Part shown: positions 63,340 through 64,000 of the stretch, piece by piece
Layout of the letters: each line of letters opens with the position of its first letter
How positions within the stretch are numbered: position 1 is the stretch's first letter
Assembly: GCA_046563655.1 (NCBI GenBank)
Contig: CM102283.1
Coordinates: 6,882,001-6,946,000, forward strand
Length of the DNA: 64,000 bases
Origin: Yuukianura sp. NJ FZ-2021
Taxonomy: Eukaryota
Reading direction: 5' to 3'
Notes under the pieces: generated by a model
Database searches by the model: none
Seen by the model: the letters and a program-made list of their open reading frames with translations, nothing else
Told to the model about the DNA's origin: nothing
Program-made: the position numbers and the translations under genes

Positions 63340-63980
63340 CAGATTTCCCTGTAGAGGAAATCACAGTTTTGGTCTCAGGGACTGCGGGGTTGTTGCAGTG
63401 GCGGCCGAAGGGATCATTCCAGTGATGTCATGTTCTCAACTGAAATGAAAGGTCAAGAGGTCAAGTGAGACTTTCCTGTAGAGAAAGGCTCGATTGAAGA
63501 CAATTGAAGAAGAAGAAGAGATAAACCGATGAGAATTTCCCTGTAGAGGAAATTCTGACCTACCAGCTGATTGATTTTCCTGTAGAGAAAAGCAATCCAG
63601 CATTGGAATAAATCAACAACCTACCTGTATTTTCCTGTAGAGAAAAGACGGGTCAGGTCAAAGGTCAAATAAAGGCACGGGTGCTGCCAAAAATTTTCCA
63701 AAAATCGTTTTCACGCACGGGTGCTGCCCGATTTTTTCAAAAATTCAAACACTTTGAAATTTTCCTGAAGAGAAAAGTTCAAAGCTGAGGGACACCAAAC
63801 CAAAGGACAGAGAGCAATTCGTCGCTTATTTTGAAAAATCCTGAAGAGATTTTTCGAAAATTGAACCGATTTTCCCGTAGAGAAAATCGTTCATTGTCCA
63901 TTTGATGCCAAATTAAAGGAAGGAAGAGATTCATATAACAACCCTGACATAAAATAAAGGCACGGGTGCTGCCAAAAATT
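63340..63980. repeat. Clustered motifs TTTCCTGTAGAGAAAA and CACGGGTGCTGCC, likely a TE subterminal region
   Basis: First motif recurs about eight times with variants, second motif three times; runs toward the window edge. Confidence 0.55.
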
Positions 63981-64000
63981 CCAAAATCAAACATTACGCA

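Overview
Intron-rich, AT-rich animal genomic DNA, very probably a hexapod: it has an RR-1 cuticle protein, a six-Cys odorant-binding protein, a peritrophin and short 45-100 bp introns (springtail-like, but the species cannot be fixed from sequence). Genes in order: OBP-like (+), Piezo (+), frameshifted hydroxyacid oxidase copy (-), two tandem acidic histone-H2A-like ORFs (-), intact hydroxyacid oxidase (-), peritrophin (-), unknown multipass membrane protein (-), WS/DGAT-like acyltransferase (-) head-to-head with a CYP2-clan P450 (+), GUF1 (-), divergent TFIIA-gamma (-), orphan gene (-), cuticle protein (+), ethanolamine kinase (+), spinster (+) and inositol-3-phosphate synthase (-). Several non-autonomous DNA transposons with visible TIRs/TSDs and some minisatellites are also present. 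The most unusual item is a ~3.8 kb segment between two copies of a 2.3 kb duplication. It holds a spliced gene for a ~358 aa, very acidic protein ending in an H2A/H2A.Z-like histone fold, preceded by five CCAAT boxes spaced 32-34 bp apart, plus a partial second copy. All family calls are by-eye motif comparisons; no searches were run.
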